Assembly (NCBI GenBank): GCA_963924565.1
Contig: OZ004612.1
Location: forward strand, 10,478,001-10,542,000
DNA: 64,000 nucleotides
DNA from: Ascidiella aspersa
Taxonomy: Eukaryota
Reading direction: 5' to 3'
The notes beneath the pieces were generated by a model that had not been told where the DNA came from, ran no database searches, and worked only from the letters and a program-made list of their open reading frames with translations. This document shows, piece by piece, positions 62,444 through 64,000 of the stretch (its first letter is position 1; every line of letters starts with the position of its first letter). Position numbers and translations under genes: made by a program.

Positions 62444-63790
62444 TGTGCAGTTGTAGACATTACGAAGTGCGGTTGCTTTTCGCGTCGGCTTTAGTAGATC
62501 GCAATGTTTGGCGCGACCAAAGCAGAAAGGCTTCAGCCGCTTTTACAACGGTCGAGCTTGGTGTCTCTTTAGCATGCAGTTTTTGGCTTCACCAAACCTT
62601 TGATATATTTTGAGTTTAAGTTTAAGTTGTCGTGGTATTTTACCCTAAGAAAAACATTTTATGCTGGGCTGTTAGATTAAAAAATGTATTCCTTACAGCC
62701 GAAATAAAATTTATAAACGCTAACAGCCACTCAATAGTATTGGTAACCTACATTAACTTAACTTTCCCCTATCGAACTAACAGCCTATACTTATGACGAT
62801 CTCGAATAAATGTCAGTTGTTGTACTACATAAATAGTAAACATCCGAACAACGCACGTGTGAACGTCATTGCGGTCTCAAAACAAATGTCAGAGCCGCTT
62901 TTAGCTTTTAATGATGCTCCTTTGCAAGAGTTCTTATTTATGTATATAAATTAATCTTTCGCTTTCTTATGCCTGCGATATTACTTCAAATTTCTCTTTA
63001 ACCATGTTACTGTTACAGCTGTACATTTTATTGTAGACAAACGTAGAATAAATTTATTAATGCAATAATATGAAAATATTTGCAGAACTAGCTTAGATAC
63101 TTTAATACATAACAATTGTTATACCTGGTGACAAAACATCTGTAATTCTGTCACGGAGAACGATAAAGCTATGCTATTTCGCATTAGACAACAAACACGT
63201 TTGACTAAAATAAAAGCTATAGTTTAAGAAGAATGTAAAGTTTACACAGCGAAATTTGTTACTTAGTCAGTTCATTATGTCTGCGGATAGCACCATGCTT
63301 CACCAGTTCATTTGGCTGATGTTCATTCTTTTTTGCGGTTACCAATATTGATAATGCCATACAGTGTGCCAAGATGTCCGAGGACGGCGTATATTTAGTC
63401 AAGATGCAAAATGAAAAGCTATATCACGTGTTAGGCCTAGCTTGTTTATGAATATCGCTCCTAACTGTAATGTCACCCATATGCGCCGTCACCTACTTCG
63501 CTTTCACAAAAAACATTCTTTATCCATCGTCGACCGCAACATGTTTGTAACTTGTCGCGGCGCGTACAATTGATACATGAACTATCATTAGACGAAATAC
63601 GGACGCGCCTCCTGAATAATTTAAAACCATACATCGGTAGTTCGAATGTCATCAAACGGCGCCGTCAACAACATCTTACTCGGTCGCAATTTTAACTGTT
63701 CATATCTAACGGGGAAAACACAGCCGGTAAAACTCAAAAAGTTGCGTGGCAAGTCGGGCGGAAAGGCTGGTGCAATAAATTCTCGACAAT

Positions 63791-63845
63791 ATGAAGAGAC
63801 TGTTAACGATTTTGACAAGCATCATTCTGGTGGACACCTCACTAG
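63791..63845 (+). CDS. First coding (signal-peptide) exon of a further secreted or membrane protein continuing beyond the window
   Basis: ATG then MKRLLTILTSIILVDTSL, followed by a strong phase-1 donor g|gtaagt. This is the same layout as the first exons of the three preceding genes. Confidence 0.6.
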
Positions 63846-64000
63846 GTAAGTGAGCACCTGGAAACTGTATGCTAACGACTTACTTCTTGAAATCGAGTTT
63901 TTCTCGTATGATTAATAGTAAATTACTGCTCGAAGATGTAGGCTATAGTAAATCACAGCGCAGAAAATTGTTACAGTTACAGTTTCTTAATCTAAAACAC

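Noticed and set aside
63646-63849. 67-aa ORF MSSNGAV...
   Set aside because: It has no recognisable features. The overlapping frame from ATG 63791 gives a signal peptide with a proper phase-1 donor and is the better call.

Overview
This is eukaryotic (metazoan) genomic DNA with AT-rich introns, GC-richer exons, GT-AG splicing and many hAT-type MITEs. The style suggests an invertebrate chordate such as an ascidian, but that is inference only. The ORF track is mostly misleading, so genes were assembled by hand from splice sites and intron phases. In order along the window: (1) the 3' end of an alpha-arrestin (ARRDC-type) gene on +, ending at 2717; (2) a minus-strand claudin/PMP22-like four-TM locus with one intact 4-exon gene (20608-17138), a recent tandem triplication leaving orphan exon copies, and an older pseudogene; (3) adhesion GPCR 1 on + (~25411-42768, ~1000 aa; Cys-rich N-terminus, three degenerate C-type-lectin-like modules, GAIN/GPS, 7TM); (4) a secreted Sushi-EGF-Sushi-Sushi-Sushi protein on + (46938-52394, 352 aa); (5) adhesion GPCR 2 on + (53807-62443, 807 aa; unrecognised 12-Cys micro-exon domain, mucin-like stalk, GAIN/GPS, 7TM); (6) the signal-peptide exon of a further gene (63791-63845). 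Also present are nested hAT elements with 8-bp TSDs, a foldback element containing a 211-N assembly gap, and Penelope-type hammerhead-like inverted repeats.
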